Positions 1 through 9,839 of a stretch of DNA of 64,000 nucleotides are shown in pieces. Below the pieces are notes generated by a model. It was not told the DNA's origin, did no database searches, and saw only the letters and a list, made by a program, of their open reading frames with translations. Source of the stretch: Methylococcaceae bacterium UBA2778 (GTDB lineage Bacteria > Pseudomonadota > Gammaproteobacteria > Methylococcales > UBA2778); NCBI GenBank assembly GCA_002352385.1, contig DEII01000121.1, positions 19,959 to 83,958 of the forward strand. The letters are read 5' to 3'. The position numbers and the translations under genes are program-made. The stretch's first letter is position 1. Each line of letters starts with the position of its first letter.

Positions 1-2700
1 CAGGGCGAAGACGCCACCGATCAATGCCAAAGGGATATTGGTCAACACCAGAAGGGCCTGCCTGACCGAGCCGAAAGTCGAGAACAGCAGCAGAAAGATC
101 AGGCCGATCGAAACCGGGACCACCACCGCCAATCGCGCGGCGGCCCGCTGTTGATTTTCGAACTGTCCGCCCCATTCGATGTAATAGCCGGTCGGCAGCT
201 CGACCTTCTCACGCACTTCCCTTTGGGCCTGCTCCACGAAACCGACCAGGTCTCTGCCTTTCACATAGCTGCGAACGACGACGAACCGCTGGCCCTGCTC
301 GCGCCCGATCGACACCACGCCTTCGACGCGATCGAGCCTGGCAACGGCCGACAACGGAATGCGCCGGCCATCGGGCAGTGCGATTTGCAGATCGGCAAAA
401 TCGGCGGTGTCGCCCTTGCCGCGCAGAATCAGCGGTGTTCGCTGGATCCCTTCCTGTACCACACCTAGGTTCAATCCTTCCACCTGTGAACGGAGTATTT
501 CTTCGAGTTCGTCGCCCGTCAGCTCCATCCTCCCAAGCGCCGGACGATCGAGGGTAACCTGGAGATACTGCATACCTTCATTTTGGCGGGTGAAGACATC
601 GCTGGCACCCGGTATGGCGCGCAAAACAGCGACAATCTCTCCGGCTTTTGCGTTCAAAATGTCGAGATCGGCACCGTAGAGTTTGACTGCCACGTCGCCG
701 CGAACACCGGTCAGCATTTCGGAAACGCGCATTTCGATAGGCTGAGTGAATCCGTAGGCGACGCCGGGGATGTCGTTCAACACCTGACGGATGGCATCGG
801 TCAACTCTTTCTTGCTTCCCATGCGCCACTCTTCCCTTGGTTTCAAGGCGAAAAATGCATCGGTTTCGTTCAGTCCCATCGGATCGAGACCGATCTCATC
901 AGAGCCGACCCGCGAGATCACATCGAGCACTTCCGGCACTTCCCGCAGGACCGCTTTTTGCACCTGCATGTCCAGCACGGTGCTCTCTTCCAGGGTGATC
1001 GATGGCAGTTTTTCCAGTTGCACGACGATATCGCCTTCATCCATGCTGGGCATGAACGTGCTGCCGATTCGGGTATAAACCAGGCCGGTCAACAGCAACA
1101 GAATCAGCGCGAGAGAAATCACCACTCTGCTGCGCAGCAAGCACCAGTTCAATACCGGCAGATAGAACGTATGCAAAGTTCTCGAGAGCCAAGGCTCTTC
1201 ATGCGACACCCTGCCCAACAGGAAGGAGGCCAGCACCGGGATCACGGTCAAAGACAACAAAAGCGAGCCGCTCAGCGCGAAAACGATGGTCATCGCAACC
1301 GGCGTAAAGAGCTTGCCCTCCAGACCTTGCAGGGTAAGCAGCGGCAGGAAGACGATAATGATGATCAGGGTCCCCGAGATGACCGGAGCGGCGACTTCGC
1401 GGGTGGCGCGGTAGATCAGATGCAGCCTCGGCAGGCGATTCGCTCTCGTCTGATCGGCAAGGTGGCTGATGACGTTTTCCACTACCACGACGGCGGAATC
1501 GACCAGCATACCGATGGCGATCGCCAGTCCACCGAGGCTCATCAGATTGGCGGACATATCGAACTGACGCATCATAATGAAGGTGAACAGGCCCGCCAGC
1601 GGCAGGATCAAGGCAACGGTCAGCGCGGCTCGCAGGTTGCCGAGGAACAGCGCCAGAACGATGAGCACGAGGACGACGGCCTGGCCCAATGCCGTGGTGA
1701 CCGTTTTGACCGCCAGCTGAACGAGTCTGCCGCGATCATAAAAGACATCGACCTTGATCCCTTCCGGGAAGCCCGGTTCGATATCCGCCAGTTTTGCGCG
1801 GACGCCTTCGACCACCTTGCCGGCGTTGGCGCCACGCAGGCTCAGCACCAACCCTTCGACTACCTCGCCCTTTCCATTCTTGGTTACTGCGCCGTAACGC
1901 GTCAAAGCGCCGATGCGCACATCGGCGATATCGTCGACGGTGATCGGTACACTATTGCGCTTGGCGACGGCGATATTTTTGACGTCATCCAGCGTTTTGA
2001 TGCGGCCTTCGGCGCGCACCAGCAGCGCCTCCTCGCCTTCGCTGATGCGGCCCGCGCCGTCGTTGCGGTTGTTCGATCGAAGTGCCTGCGCCAACTCCTG
2101 GATGCTGATGCCGCGTGCCGTCAAGCCGGCGTTGTCGGGAATCACTTCGAAACTGCGGACGAAGCCGCCGAGCGCGTTGACATCAGCGACACCGGGCACG
2201 GTGCGAAGTGCCGGACGAATCACCCAGTCCAGCAAATTGCGCCGCTCCATCAAGGTCAGGTCGCCGCCTTCGATGGTGAACATGAACATTTCACCGAGCG
2301 GCGTGGTCATCGGCGCGATGCCGCCCGTGACGCCGGGGGGCAGATCGCCCCAGATCGTATTGAGACGTTCGGCGACCTGCTGCCTCGCCCAATAGATGTC
2401 GGTGCCTTCCTCGAAGTCGAGGGTGATGTCGGTCAACGCATATTTGGTGATCGAACGCAGCATTACCAGCTTGGGAATGCCGAGCAGTTCGATCTCAACC
2501 GGTGCGGTGATGCGCGGCTCGATCTCTGTCGGGGTCATGCCGGGTGCCTTGATGATGATCTTGACCTGGGTCGGCGAGACATCCGGAAAGGCATCGATGG
2601 GAATGTTCTTGGCGGCCAGCCAGCCGCCGCCCATCAACACGGCGACCAGCAGCAGCATCAACAACCGCTGAGTCAGCGCGAACTGTATCAGCTGCCCCAT
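1..2700 (-). CDS. CusA/CzcA-family heavy-metal efflux RND permease (about 900 aa; C-terminus runs off the left edge)
   Basis: Absent from the ORF track because its stop lies outside the window. My reverse translation from the ATG at 2700-2698 reads MGQLIQFALTQRLLMLLLVAVLMGGGWLAAKNIPIDAFPDVSPTQVKII... and stays open to position 1. It includes SLGGLAIAIGMLVDSAVVVVENV, an RND TM4-type motif. The start overlaps the stop of the upstream MFP gene (TGATG). The 762-aa plus-strand ORF 583..2871 is its antisense shadow. Confidence 0.9.
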   Translation of the reverse strand, partial: MGQLIQFALTQRLLMLLLVAVLMGGGWLAAKNIPIDAFPDVSPTQVKIIIKAPGMTPTEIEPRITAPVEIELLGIPKLVMLRSITKYALTDITLDFEEGTDIYWARQQVAERLNTIWGDLPPGVTGGIAPMTTPLGEMFMFTIEGGDLTLMERRNLLDWVIRPALRTVPGVADVNALGGFVRSFEVIPDNAGLTARGISIQELAQALRSNNRNDGAGRISEGEEALLVRAEGRIKTLDDVKNIAVAKRNSVPITVDDIADVRIGALTRYGAVTKNGKGEVVEGLVLSLRGANAGKVVEGVRAKLADIEPGFPEGIKVDVFYDRGRLVQLAVKTVTTALGQAVVLVLIVLALFLGNLRAALTVALILPLAGLFTFIMMRQFDMSANLMSLGGLAIAIGMLVDSAVVVVENVISHLADQTRANRLPRLHLIYRATREVAAPVISGTLIIIIVFLPLLTLQGLEGKLFTPVAMTIVFALSGSLLLSLTVIPVLASFLLGRVSHEEPWLSRTLHTFYLPVLNWCLLRSRVVISLALILLLLTGLVYTRIGSTFMPSMDEGDIVVQLEKLPSITLEESTVLDMQVQKAVLREVPEVLDVISRVGSDEIGLDPMGLNETDAFFALKPREEWRMGSKKELTDAIRQVLNDIPGVAYGFTQPIEMRVSEMLTGVRGDVAVKLYGADLDILNAKAGEIVAVLRAIPGASDVFTRQNEGMQYLQVTLDRPALGRMELTGDELEEILRSQVEGLNLGVVQEGIQRTPLILRGKGDTADFADLQIALPDGRRIPLSAVARLDRVEGVVSIGREQGQRFVVVRSYVKGRDLVGFVEQAQREVREKVELPTGYYIEWGGQFENQQRAAARLAVVVPVSIGLIFLLLFSTFGSVRQALLVLTNIPLALIGGVFAL

Positions 2701-3803
2701 CAGTCACCGCCTCCCAGTTCCAACCAATTGGCTTTCAATGCCGCCACGCCCTTGACGACCACCGGTTGGCCCGGGTTCAGCCCTTCGCTGATGGTGACCG
2801 ATTGGCCTTCTCTTCCCGCGATCGTCACCCGCCGCGCCTCGAACCCACCTTCGACACGCGCAAACACATAGCTCTGTTCCCCTGCGCGCATCACAGCCGA
2901 GATCGGAAGGTCGAACATTGGCCGGCCGGCCGGCTTGAGCAGCCGCACGGTGACTTTTTGACCGGGCCGTACAGAGCTGTCGTTGCGCTCGATCACCGCT
3001 CTAACCAGTACGCTTTGATTGTCGGGATTGACGCTTTGGCCGATCAGCGTCACCTTTGCTCGGATGTTGCTTCCCTCGATCGTGACCTGATCGTTCAGGG
3101 CGATCGCCTTTACGCGCTCCTGCGGCATACTGATATCCAGCCACAGCTTATCCAGGTTGGCAAGCCGAAACAGGGGCGTCAGCGCACCGACGGGCTGCCC
3201 GGCGACAATCTTTTTTTTCAGGATGACGCCGCCGGCAGGCGCATGAATATTCAGCGTGCTGGACAGGCGCCTCGTGCGCAGCAGCTGTCGGATTTCGGTT
3301 TGGCTCATACCGGCGATGCGGAGCATCTGTTTGGCTTCGTTGACCAGTGTAGCCTGTTTCTTATACTGGCTTCTGGTCTCCTGCCAGCGGCGCTGCGATA
3401 TGACGTCCTCGTTCAGCAGCATTTCATCCCGGCGCATCTTGGCGGCAGCGAGCTGCAATTCGCTGCTGTCATTGAGCAGGTCGCGCTGCAAGGTCAACAA
3501 CTCCGGACTGTTGATCCGGGCCAGCACCTGACCTTTGCGCACCCATTCACCGAGTGCCGCCTCGACGCTGCTCACCAGCCCAGAATAGGGGGCACTGACG
3601 ACAAATTCCTGATTCGGTGGTATGGTGATGCGCGCCGACGCCTGTACGACAGGGACCTCCTGAGTCGATTCGGGTGTGATCATCTCGATGCCGATATTTT
3701 TGATCTGCTGCTCGGAGAGGGACAGATGCGCCCCGCCCAGGGCATTCGGCAACCAGTAGATGGTGATGAAAACGATCAGGGCAAAGGGTATGCTTCTGTT
3801 CAT
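2700..3803 (-). CDS. Efflux RND periplasmic adaptor (HlyD/CzcB/CusB-like membrane fusion protein)
   Basis: 367 aa with an N-terminal signal/anchor (MNRSIPFALIVFITIYWLP). It has the coiled-coil hairpin region (LQRDLLNDSSELQLAAAKMRRDEML...) and beta-barrel C-terminus typical of MFPs. Overlapping start/stop codons link it to the genes on both sides. Confidence 0.85.
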   Translation of the reverse strand: MNRSIPFALIVFITIYWLPNALGGAHLSLSEQQIKNIGIEMITPESTQEVPVVQASARITIPPNQEFVVSAPYSGLVSSVEAALGEWVRKGQVLARINSPELLTLQRDLLNDSSELQLAAAKMRRDEMLLNEDVISQRRWQETRSQYKKQATLVNEAKQMLRIAGMSQTEIRQLLRTRRLSSTLNIHAPAGGVILKKKIVAGQPVGALTPLFRLANLDKLWLDISMPQERVKAIALNDQVTIEGSNIRAKVTLIGQSVNPDNQSVLVRAVIERNDSSVRPGQKVTVRLLKPAGRPMFDLPISAVMRAGEQSYVFARVEGGFEARRVTIAGREGQSVTISEGLNPGQPVVVKGVAALKANWLELGGGD

Positions 3804-5071
3804 GGCGATTCTCCAACGGCCTGGTTGTATCGGGCGATATCGCGCTGCAGCCGTATGCTGCGTTCCCGCGCATTGCGTATGGCGGCTTCGGTACGGGATT
3901 GTATCTTCAGCAGATCGATGAGTCGGATTTCACCCGCTTGAAAGCCGATCCGGCTCATCCTGAGATACTGTTCCGACAGGCTTTTTCGCTCTTCCGCGAG
4001 CGAGAGCTCGACGCGGTCCACTTCCAGTTCGTGTTTGGCTTCGTGAAGCCCCTGTCCCAGCCGGCGCAATAAAGATTGACGCTCCGCCAGCGCTTCGGTC
4101 AATGCCAGGTTGGCCTTGGCGATTTTAGGCGCAGCCACCGCGTCGCCTCCGAAGGGGATGGTGACGGCGACATTGAGACTGTCGATGGTCGGCTCGTTGC
4201 GGAAATCCTTCTCGTGTCTGCTGCCGAGGTAAATGCTGGGCTGCTTTCCCGAACCGGTACGACGAACCCAGTGCACATTGGCCTGCAGGCGTGCAATATA
4301 GGCGTTGGCGGCCGCCAGCAGTGGGTGATTGTCGGCGATCTCGGCCCGCGCACTTTGCCGTTCCTCGAACGCGGCAGGCGCCCGGTTCGATTGGGTCAGA
4401 GTGATATAGCGTCGGCGGGCGTGCATCAATTCTGCTTCCGCTCGGGCCAATGCCGACTTTTTTTCGATCCGGTCGCTCTTGGCGAGCACCAGATCGGCGC
4501 GCGGCAGATCACCCGCGTCGACCCGCCGCTCGACGGTTTCCACCAACCGGTCCGACAGGGTCAGCGCCTGATCGGCAAGATCCTGGAGGTTCTCTTTGAG
4601 CCGCAGATCCCACAATGCGTCGCGTACCAGTCCGGCGACCTGGAGCTGCAGCGCTCCGGCATAGGCTTTGGTATCTTTGTCGGCCTCTTCGGCCAGGCTT
4701 TGGCCGGCGGCACGCTGCCCCCATTTCCATAATGGCAGCTGCAGCTGGGTTTCGAAATAGTGATAGCCGCTGTCATCGAATGGCAAGTCGTTGCCATAGA
4801 TCGCATAGATGTTCGGTGCTCCGGCCAGCAGAGAATCACTGCGCCGCCGCAGCGCATCGGTTTGCTCCTGCTTGGCACCGACGACCGCTGTTTGTGGATA
4901 GCGTTCCAGCGTTATCTGGACAGTATCCTTCAGAGTCAACCCACTGTCCCATACCAGCGGGTCGAAATGAGGTACGAGGGTTTGCTCCGCATAGACCGGC
5001 ATTGACAAGCCCAGGCAGAGCACCGGCGCCCAGACCAGGGGCATTCGGAAGGCAATGAGTATGCTCCGCAT
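3800..5071 (-). CDS. TolC/CzcC-family outer-membrane efflux protein
   Basis: 423 aa with a signal peptide (MRSILIAFRMPLVWAPVLCLGLSMPVYA) and two-repeat coiled-coil OMF architecture. First gene of the OMF-MFP-RND operon, with an ATGA overlap to the MFP gene. Confidence 0.85.
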   Translation of the reverse strand: MRSILIAFRMPLVWAPVLCLGLSMPVYAEQTLVPHFDPLVWDSGLTLKDTVQITLERYPQTAVVGAKQEQTDALRRRSDSLLAGAPNIYAIYGNDLPFDDSGYHYFETQLQLPLWKWGQRAAGQSLAEEADKDTKAYAGALQLQVAGLVRDALWDLRLKENLQDLADQALTLSDRLVETVERRVDAGDLPRADLVLAKSDRIEKKSALARAEAELMHARRRYITLTQSNRAPAAFEERQSARAEIADNHPLLAAANAYIARLQANVHWVRRTGSGKQPSIYLGSRHEKDFRNEPTIDSLNVAVTIPFGGDAVAAPKIAKANLALTEALAERQSLLRRLGQGLHEAKHELEVDRVELSLAEERKSLSEQYLRMSRIGFQAGEIRLIDLLKIQSRTEAAIRNARERSIRLQRDIARYNQAVGESP

Positions 5072-5084
5072 TATTGTTTGCTCC

Positions 5085-5170
5085 GAAACAGGAATTAGGG
5101 AACAGGGATCAGGGATCAGGGATCGGAACGGATGAACCGGTTTTCCGATAACTGTTTCTTGATCCCCGGG
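5085..5170. repeat. GGGATCAG/GGAAACAG-type palindromic intergenic repeat, copy 1
   Basis: Left arm GAAACAGGAATTAGGGAACAGGGATCAGGGATCAGGGATCGG, with a partial inverted partner ACTGTTTCTTGATCCCCGGG at 5151-5170. Lies 14 nt upstream of the OMF start codon. Confidence 0.65.
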
Positions 5171-5179
5171 TTTCAGTAT

Positions 5180-5581
5180 TCAGGTCAATGCGGACCGAGG
5201 GGGAGCGCGGGGCGCGGAGGAGTGATAAAACGAAGTCCGATAGTGCGGGGGTGGAAGCGGGCGCTCTTCTGCCGGGGAGACTCGGGGCCCGGGTGGTTCA
5301 GACAGCCGACCCAAGGGCGCAGCGACGGGATCGAACTGTGGAACGGTCGGTCGATCCTTCAAACCCGACGCGATGCCGACAATAATGCCCGTCTGGCCAT
5401 ACAACTCATACCGGGCGGTCGAGCGCGCCTGACTCTCCTCGTCTGTGTCGAAGACTTCCAGCCCCGGAACATGCACCCCTTCGGGTGATCGGTCGATGCC
5501 CGAATGCGCATGCACCAGTGGCGCCACCATTTGTAGAAGCACCAGAAGGACAATCAGGCCTGTTTGCGGGAACCGAATCAT
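5180..5581 (-). CDS. Hypothetical small secreted or membrane protein upstream of the RND operon
   Basis: 133-aa ORF with a hydrophobic N-terminus (MIRFPQTGLIVLLVLLQMVAPLVHAHS) and a Pro-rich tail. No domain recognised. Support is only the same orientation and its position upstream of the efflux genes. Confidence 0.3.
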   Translation of the reverse strand: MIRFPQTGLIVLLVLLQMVAPLVHAHSGIDRSPEGVHVPGLEVFDTDEESQARSTARYELYGQTGIIVGIASGLKDRPTVPQFDPVAAPLGRLSEPPGPRVSPAEERPLPPPHYRTSFYHSSAPRAPPRSALT

Positions 5582-5753
5582 AGCGCGCTACTATAGGGTA
5601 AGAGTGCGGTGAAAACAAGAGCATGCCCATTCGTCAGCGTTATCGTTTTGCATCCGCGCCCCGGTTCCTGCCGGCTCGGCACGTGCAAGCGATTGTACTG
5701 TCGTTCCGCCAGCGGTTAGAATCGTTCAAGATTCTTAACAGGATCCATACCAC

Positions 5754-5996
5754 ATGACGATGAAACCAGAACCCATCGCCCGTGCGATCGGCTTCAGCCG
5801 TATTTTCGGCCTGTCCGATGCCGTCGCCCTCGGTCTTTCGATCGGTTTGGGGCTTGGATTGACCGCGCTGGCGCTCTTCATCGACCTGCCTGTCTACCGG
5901 GAACCGTTGCTGCGCGATTCGGGCCAGTTTGATCTCAGTTCAAAAATGTTTGCCCGCATCATGTCTCAGGGTTCGATGGGGCGCGTGGTAGAATAA
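5754..5996 (+). CDS. Hypothetical small membrane protein
   Basis: 80-aa ORF with one hydrophobic segment (LSDAVALGLSIGLGLGLTALALFIDL). No family recognised. Confidence 0.3.
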   Translation: MTMKPEPIARAIGFSRIFGLSDAVALGLSIGLGLGLTALALFIDLPVYREPLLRDSGQFDLSSKMFARIMSQGSMGRVVE

Positions 5997-6170
5997 TAAA
6001 CGCCGCGGCAAATGTATTGCCGCCAAACGTTTAGCCACGGCTTCCCGATATAAAATGCAGCGCAAAGGCTCATGCTGTCTCCACTGATCGAGAAGTTGCC
6101 TGCGCCCTGCCAAGCCTTTCGCAGGCTGCTCACTAATAACAAGACATAAACGAAACCCAGATGCGTTGCC

Positions 6171-9100
6171 ATGATTAAAAGAGCTATTCTTTTGCTGATC
6201 GGGATGGCTCTGCTCGTTGCTGCGCAAATCGCCGCCGTTTCGCCGGCCGCTCCTGCAACGACCGTCCGCGGGTCGACAATTCAATTGTCCCCGGATTCAA
6301 TCAAAGCAAAAATCGCTGGGATCGAGGATAACGCCTCTTTGGATAAAGCCGACAAGAGCGCGCTGACTGCGACCTATCAAAAAGCGTTGAGCTATCTGGA
6401 GTCGGCACGCTCGAACGAAGCGGCCGCCGATGCATTCATGCAGGCGATCAAGCAGGCACCAATCGATACCGCACGCTTGGAAAAAAAGATCGTGGAAATC
6501 CGCGCAATGCCAGAGCCTGACCCGTCATTGCTTTCCAAAGAGACGCTGGCGGAACTCGACCAGCGATTGCTTAGCGAAAAAGCCAACCTTGCCGCAGTCG
6601 AAGCCAAGCTGGCTGACTTCGAACAGCAGCTGGAAGCAGAGCGTGGCCGGCCGGCAGCCGCGCGTGAAAGACTGATCGAACTCAAACGACAGCAGGATGA
6701 GCTTGCCGATGCAGTCAAGAAGCTCAAGGCTGCCGGCGATTCTTCTCCCGAGAACAACGCAAAACGCTGGGAACTGGAAGCTCGGACATTGGCGCTGCGC
6801 TCTGAAATGCGGATGCTGGACCAGGAGCTGCTCAGCCAATCGATGCGCATTGCATTGCTCACCGCCGAACGGGATAAAACCGCGGTCAGCGCCGGGCGCC
6901 TCGGTCTCCTCGTACGGCAGCTCGAGGAGGCGGTCAACCGGCGACGCGGTGCGGCGGCCGAGCAGACGCTGGCCGAAACTGCTGTGGCGCAGCGCGAATC
7001 GGCGGGCAAACATCCGCTCGTGCAAGACCTCGCAAAGAAAAATTCCGACCTGAGCGATACGCTCAAACGCCTGACCGTTCTGCTCGATGATGCCAGTGCC
7101 GGCGACGACGTGGCGAACAAGCAGGCAAAGCAGATCCAGAAAGAGTTCAGCAGCACCCGGGAAAAATTGGAGTTCGCGGGAATAACCGTGGCGCTTGGGC
7201 ATATCTTGGCCGCACAGCGGCGTGCCTTGCCGGATCGGCACGAGCTCGAAAAAAAGATCAACCAGAATGAAGCAATGATCGCCAACACCAGCCTGGCGAA
7301 GATTCAAAACGAAGAAGAGAAAAAGCGGCTGAACAACATCGACGCATTCGTTGCCGAGCTCACCGCCAAACTTCCGCCCGACCCGGCAGAAACCATTCGC
7401 GACGACCTGCGCGGGCTGGTACGACAGAGAAAGGAGTTGTTGAAGCGCACGGTTGCGACGCAAAAAGCCTACGTGAGAGCCCTTGGGGAACTCGATTTTG
7501 CGCAACGGCGGCTGCTCGAGGAAGTGGCTGCCTATGACGAATTTCTATCGAAGCGGCTGTTGTGGCTGCGAAGCGCCCCGCCGCCCAATTTGGAGCGGTT
7601 GCTTGCAATACCGGATCAGCTTGCCTGGCTGCTGTCGCCGGCGCATTGGCTCGATGTCACGGAGGTCCTCGTTGCCCAAGCCAAGCGCTCGCCGCTCATC
7701 GGGCTGGCCGGCGCGCTGTTTGCCGCGCTGCTCGTGATGTCGCGGCCGATGTGCCGCAGACTCCAGGTGCTGGGACATAAAGTCGGCAACCCGGTCACCG
7801 ACCGCTTCAGCTATACGCTCAAAGCCTTGGGGCTGACCCTGCTCCTGGCCATGCCCTGGCCGATGCTGCTGGCGACACTCGGCAGGCAGCTGCAATCTGC
7901 GCTGGAAGCGACTGAATTCTCTCGGCTGATCGGTGCCGGGCTGTTGTCGATTGTCCTGCCCTATCTGAATCTCCGCACCTTGAGCGTCCTCTGCGTGTCG
8001 GATGGAGTTGCCGCCGCTCATTTTCGCTGGCCCGAGCATAGCCTCAAACTGGTGCGCCACGAGATTCGGCTGATGATGATGCTTTTTCTCCCAGCCGCCT
8101 TTGTCGCTGTGGTCATTATCGAGCATGATGCGGCCGAAATGGGCGGCGGGCTTGGCCGCTTCTGCTTTCTTCTGGTGATGCTCTCCCTCGGCCTGTTCTT
8201 TTTTCGTTTGTTTCACTCCAAGACCGGCGCGCTGGTTGCCTTCAATACCCGCCACCCCGATACGCTTCTGGCGCGGATGAACAAACTGTGGCTGACGCTG
8301 GGCGTGGCTGTTCCCGTCGTGCTGGCCCTCCTTTCGATCCTCGGCTTTGTCTATACCGCAGTCATACTCACCGCCAGCCTGATCGATTCGCTGTGGCTGT
8401 TGTTCGGCCTTGTTCTGATTCAACAGCTCGGTGTGCGCTGGCTCCTGCTGACACGGGGGAAACTCGCCATGCAAGCGGCAAAGGAGCGCCGGGCAGCACA
8501 GCGTGCTCGACAGGAGGAGTCGGCAGCGGATGGCACTCCGACCGACGGGGTATCGATGGAGGAAGCCGAGCCGGAGATCGATCTTGCCAGCTTGAATCAG
8601 GAGAGCCGCAAGCTTTTGAACATCGTGGTCGTGGTGCTTGGAATCACAGGGCTGTGGATCATCTGGTCGGATGTCCTGCCGGCCCTTGGAATACTGGACA
8701 CCATCGAACTGTGGCGCTATGAAACGATGGAATCGGGAGAACAGAGAACGGTCGCGGTGACCTTGGCCGATCTCTGTGTTGCCATCCTGATTGCGGTTGT
8801 TACCGTGGTGGCGGCCAAGCGCCTTCCCTCCCTGCTCGAAATCATTTTGCTGCGCCGTGTCGAAATGGATTCCGGCAGCCGCTACACGGCCACGACATTG
8901 TTCAATTATGTCATCGTGGCAATCGGCATCGTGCTGTTTTTCAAAAAGCTGGGCGGCAGCTGGTCGCAGATCCAATGGCTGGTGGCGGCTTTGGGCGTCG
9001 GCATCGGTTTCGGACTGCAGGAGATCGTTGCCAACTTCATCAGTGGGCTCATCATTCTGTTCGAGCGCCCGATTCGGGTCGGCGACGTCGTCACGATCGG

Positions 9101-9584
9101 CGACACCGACGGCACCGTCACCCGCATCCGCATCCGCGCCACGACGATACGCAACTGGGATCGACAAGAGCTGCTGGTCCCCAACAAGGAGTTCATTACC
9201 GGTAGGCTTCTGAACTGGTCACTGTCGGACCAGGTGACGCGGTTGTTGATCCCGGTCGGCGTCGCCTACGGCAGCGATGTCGCAAGAACCAAATCCTTGC
9301 TGGCGGACGCCGCTGAGGAGAACGAGCGGGTCCTGACCGACCCGGCACCCACGGTTACCTTCGACGGCTTTGGTGACAACGCGCTCGCACTGTCACTGCG
9401 CTGCTATGTTGAGTTGATCGATTATCGGTTGAGCACCATCACGGCACTGAACGAAGCCATCAACCAAAAATTCACCGACGCGGGCATCTGCATCGCATTT
9501 CCACAGCGGGATGTCCATCTGGATTTCCGCCAGCCGCTGGATGTCAGAATCCAGCGCAAACCTCCGGCGCCCGGTGGAAAATAA
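6171..9584 (+). CDS. MscK/KefA-like large mechanosensitive channel (MscS family)
   Basis: 1137 aa: signal peptide, a long periplasmic coiled-coil region, multiple TM helices and a C-terminal MscS core (GVGIGFGLQEIVANFISGLIILFERPIRVGDVVTIGDTDGTVTRIRIRATTIRNWDRQELLVPN). Confidence 0.9.
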   Translation: MIKRAILLLIGMALLVAAQIAAVSPAAPATTVRGSTIQLSPDSIKAKIAGIEDNASLDKADKSALTATYQKALSYLESARSNEAAADAFMQAIKQAPIDTARLEKKIVEIRAMPEPDPSLLSKETLAELDQRLLSEKANLAAVEAKLADFEQQLEAERGRPAAARERLIELKRQQDELADAVKKLKAAGDSSPENNAKRWELEARTLALRSEMRMLDQELLSQSMRIALLTAERDKTAVSAGRLGLLVRQLEEAVNRRRGAAAEQTLAETAVAQRESAGKHPLVQDLAKKNSDLSDTLKRLTVLLDDASAGDDVANKQAKQIQKEFSSTREKLEFAGITVALGHILAAQRRALPDRHELEKKINQNEAMIANTSLAKIQNEEEKKRLNNIDAFVAELTAKLPPDPAETIRDDLRGLVRQRKELLKRTVATQKAYVRALGELDFAQRRLLEEVAAYDEFLSKRLLWLRSAPPPNLERLLAIPDQLAWLLSPAHWLDVTEVLVAQAKRSPLIGLAGALFAALLVMSRPMCRRLQVLGHKVGNPVTDRFSYTLKALGLTLLLAMPWPMLLATLGRQLQSALEATEFSRLIGAGLLSIVLPYLNLRTLSVLCVSDGVAAAHFRWPEHSLKLVRHEIRLMMMLFLPAAFVAVVIIEHDAAEMGGGLGRFCFLLVMLSLGLFFFRLFHSKTGALVAFNTRHPDTLLARMNKLWLTLGVAVPVVLALLSILGFVYTAVILTASLIDSLWLLFGLVLIQQLGVRWLLLTRGKLAMQAAKERRAAQRARQEESAADGTPTDGVSMEEAEPEIDLASLNQESRKLLNIVVVVLGITGLWIIWSDVLPALGILDTIELWRYETMESGEQRTVAVTLADLCVAILIAVVTVVAAKRLPSLLEIILLRRVEMDSGSRYTATTLFNYVIVAIGIVLFFKKLGGSWSQIQWLVAALGVGIGFGLQEIVANFISGLIILFERPIRVGDVVTIGDTDGTVTRIRIRATTIRNWDRQELLVPNKEFITGRLLNWSLSDQVTRLLIPVGVAYGSDVARTKSLLADAAEENERVLTDPAPTVTFDGFGDNALALSLRCYVELIDYRLSTITALNEAINQKFTDAGICIAFPQRDVHLDFRQPLDVRIQRKPPAPGGK

Positions 9585-9597
9585 GATCTTGCGTAGG

Positions 9598-9672
9598 TTC
9601 TGGAATCTGGGATCAGAAGATAACTTCATCCGCTCTGATCCCTGATCCCCACTTTCCGTTCCCTGTTTCCCG
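9598..9672. repeat. GGGATCAG-type palindromic repeat, copy 2
   Basis: TCTGGAATCTGGGATCAGAAG...CTCTGATCCCTGATCCCCACTTTCCGTTCCCTGTTTCC. It shares the TCTGGAATC..GGG start and the CCCTGTTTCC end with the copy at 25299-25396. Confidence 0.7.
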
Positions 9673-9778
9673 TTGGCGGAACCGCTTCGCCTTCCGCCCT
9701 ACATTTTTGCGGCAACAAAGGTCGCTGGCTGCGCCAGCATCCGTAGGGTGGATGCCCCGGTGGGCGATCCGCCGACTC

Positions 9779-9839
9779 CGGGATCAGGAAACAGGAATCA
9801 AAAAATAGCCTCGTCTGTACTGATCCCTGTTTCCCTGTT
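9779..9839. repeat. GGGATCAG-type palindromic repeat, copy 3
   Basis: GGGATCAGGAAACAGGAATCA...loop...CTGATCCCTGTTTCCCTG, immediately downstream of the radical-SAM gene stop. Confidence 0.65.

Noticed and set aside
583-2871. 762-aa plus-strand ORF, the longest ORF in the first 3 kb
   Set aside because: Its composition (runs of Q/H/R/D/G, no hydrophobic core, no motif) is typical of the antisense frame of a GC-rich gene. The minus strand across the same coordinates translates into an uninterrupted, clearly recognisable CusA/CzcA-type RND permease.
2766-3941. 391-aa plus-strand ORF overlapping the MFP gene, and similar shadow ORFs at 4076..4732 and 4615..5058
   Set aside because: These are antisense to the recognisable MFP and OMF genes and have no domain features.
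5085-5131. Tandem GGGATCA heptamers considered as a possible CRISPR or other array
   Set aside because: The units are 7 nt long, directly adjacent with no spacers, and no cas genes are present. They belong to the palindromic REP-like family seen at three other loci.
7545-9167. 540-aa minus-strand ORF, and 6392..7288 and 6525..7505 on the minus strand
   Set aside because: These are antisense shadows of the MscK-like channel gene. They are low-complexity and Arg/Gln/His-rich, whereas the plus-strand product has a textbook MscS core.
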